Source: Octopus sinensis (taxonomy: Eukaryota). Taken from it: DNA of 24,482 nucleotides. Positions 23,046-24,482 of the stretch are shown here, in pieces. How positions within the stretch are numbered: the first letter of the stretch is position 1; every line of letters starts with the position of its first letter. Made by a program: the position numbers and the translations under genes. The notes beneath the pieces were generated by a model, which was not told where the DNA came from, made no database searches, and saw only the letters and a program-made list of their open reading frames with translations. The DNA lies in contig NW_021836280.1 in the NCBI RefSeq assembly GCF_006345805.1, positions 1 to 24,482 on the forward strand, read 5' to 3'.

Positions 23046-23523
23046 TATGTATATATACGTGTATATGTATGTGTAGGAGTTATATAAGCACATACACTCA
23101 CATCCACGGATAAATACGATCAAACACAGACATACACACAAATATATATTAAGTATACACCTTAATTGAAACACACCTTATATTGATATAAACCTTAAGT
23201 GTGCTGGAATCTCAACGACCTTTGTCAACATGCCGGTACACCTTAGCTAATAAAACAAAATACAAAAAAGAATAGACAAAAGTACACAAAACAAACTACC
23301 CATAAAGAAACAAAAAACTTAAGTTGTTTTTTGGGGTGAAAGTTCAGATGTTAGAAAGCAACAGTGAAAAGGTTGGTTAGGTAAACTAACAATTATTATG
23401 TAGATGCGTGCTTGAGCGTGTGTTTGTATATGTATGTGTGTATTTGTGAGTGCATGTGCGTGTATTTTTAGATGTATGCGTATGTATATATGTATTTACT
23501 GTTTTATATATATGTGTGTGTGC

Positions 23524-23556
<33 letters not shown>

Positions 23557-23749
23557 ATATATATATATGTTTAAGTAGTTGAATGAATTATCCTAGTATG
23601 GATAATTCGGTTAACCGATACCCGGGTAGAAAATTTACGTCAGAAAGCACGGTTTATTCCTTCGGAATTAAGAATATGCAGTTTTCGAAACATGTGTCGA
23701 GAATAATGGAATTTTGTTAAATCGTCGTTCGACTCCATTCTTTCATTTA

Positions 23750-23786
<37 letters not shown>

Positions 23787-23787
<1 letters not shown>

Positions 23788-23999
23788 CTCTTTACTCTTT
23801 ACTCTTTTACTTGCTTCAGTCATTTGACTGTGACCATGCTGGAGCACCGCCTTTAGTCGAACAAATCGACTCCAGGACTTATTCTTTGTAAGCCTAGTAC
23901 TTATTCTATCGGTTTTTTTTGCTGAACCGCTAAGTTACGGCGACTTAAACACACCAGCATCGGTTGTCAAGCTATGTAGGGGTGACAAACACAGACACA

Positions 24000-24045
<46 letters not shown>
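23787..24045 (-). mobile_element. SINE family D 3' half with (GAGTAAAA)n tail
   Basis: The tail repeats ACTCT(3-4) lie at 23787-23812 and the body is homologous to 20300-20481. It ends in a (CA)n tract. Confidence 0.85.
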
Positions 24046-24046
<1 letters not shown>

Positions 24047-24181
24047 GTGTGTGTTAAACAGTTCGTCTTCAATTGAGCAAAATAACTAAAGTGACTCGGA
24101 ATTACTTTAAAAATGAAATAACGAAAAAGATCATTTCTGGCCATGCTGTATTTCTCTTGTTTCCACATACATATATATGTA

Positions 24182-24398
24182 TTGGTTTCAAATTTTGGTA
24201 CAAGGCTAGTAATTTCTTATAAAGGGGGTAAGTCGATAACATCAACCCCAGCGCTCAACTAGTGCTTATTTTCTCGAGCCCGAAAGGATGAAAGGTAAAA
24301 ACGACCTCGGCAGAATTTGAACTCTTAACGTAAGGACAGAAGAAATGCTGCTAAGCATTTTCCCAGGTATGCTAACGATTCTGCCAGCTCGCCACCTT
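24182..24398 (-). mobile_element. Full-head SINE family A copy (older, tail type B-like)
   Basis: GCTAACGATTCTGCCAGCTCGCCACCTT head, plus GAAAGGATGAAAGG..GACCTCGGCAGAATTTGAACTC. Confidence 0.88.
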
Positions 24399-24482
24399 GT
24401 TTTATATATTTACATTAAAATGAACTCACAAGTCCCAATAAATAGAATGAGATTTGCCTATAACGTTATTCTTATATTCACT

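Overview
This window is AT-rich eukaryotic non-coding DNA. The microsatellite load and SINE families point to an octopus-like coleoid cephalopod; that assignment is inferred from remembered repeat consensi and not verified. No intact protein-coding gene is supported, and almost every ORF in the track is a translation of di- or trinucleotide repeats. The supported content is: large compound microsatellite fields; several tRNA-derived SINE families; a decayed Helitron Rep (~17.0-18.7 kb); a full-length dead Hsmar1/cecropia-type mariner (20499-21750); hAT-type MITEs; a GG-terminal, 8-bp-TSD Merlin-like MITE nested in a hAT MITE; and a bipartite RTE-derived element. The most unusual signal is a SINE that forms head-to-tail multimers through a nucleotide-exact recurrent junction. 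That junction also creates a cryptic 25-nt exon with branch point, pyrimidine tract, AG and GT. Inverted repeat pairs that could be ADAR substrates, a perfect 23-bp-arm palindrome and a SINE with an inverted head are also notable.
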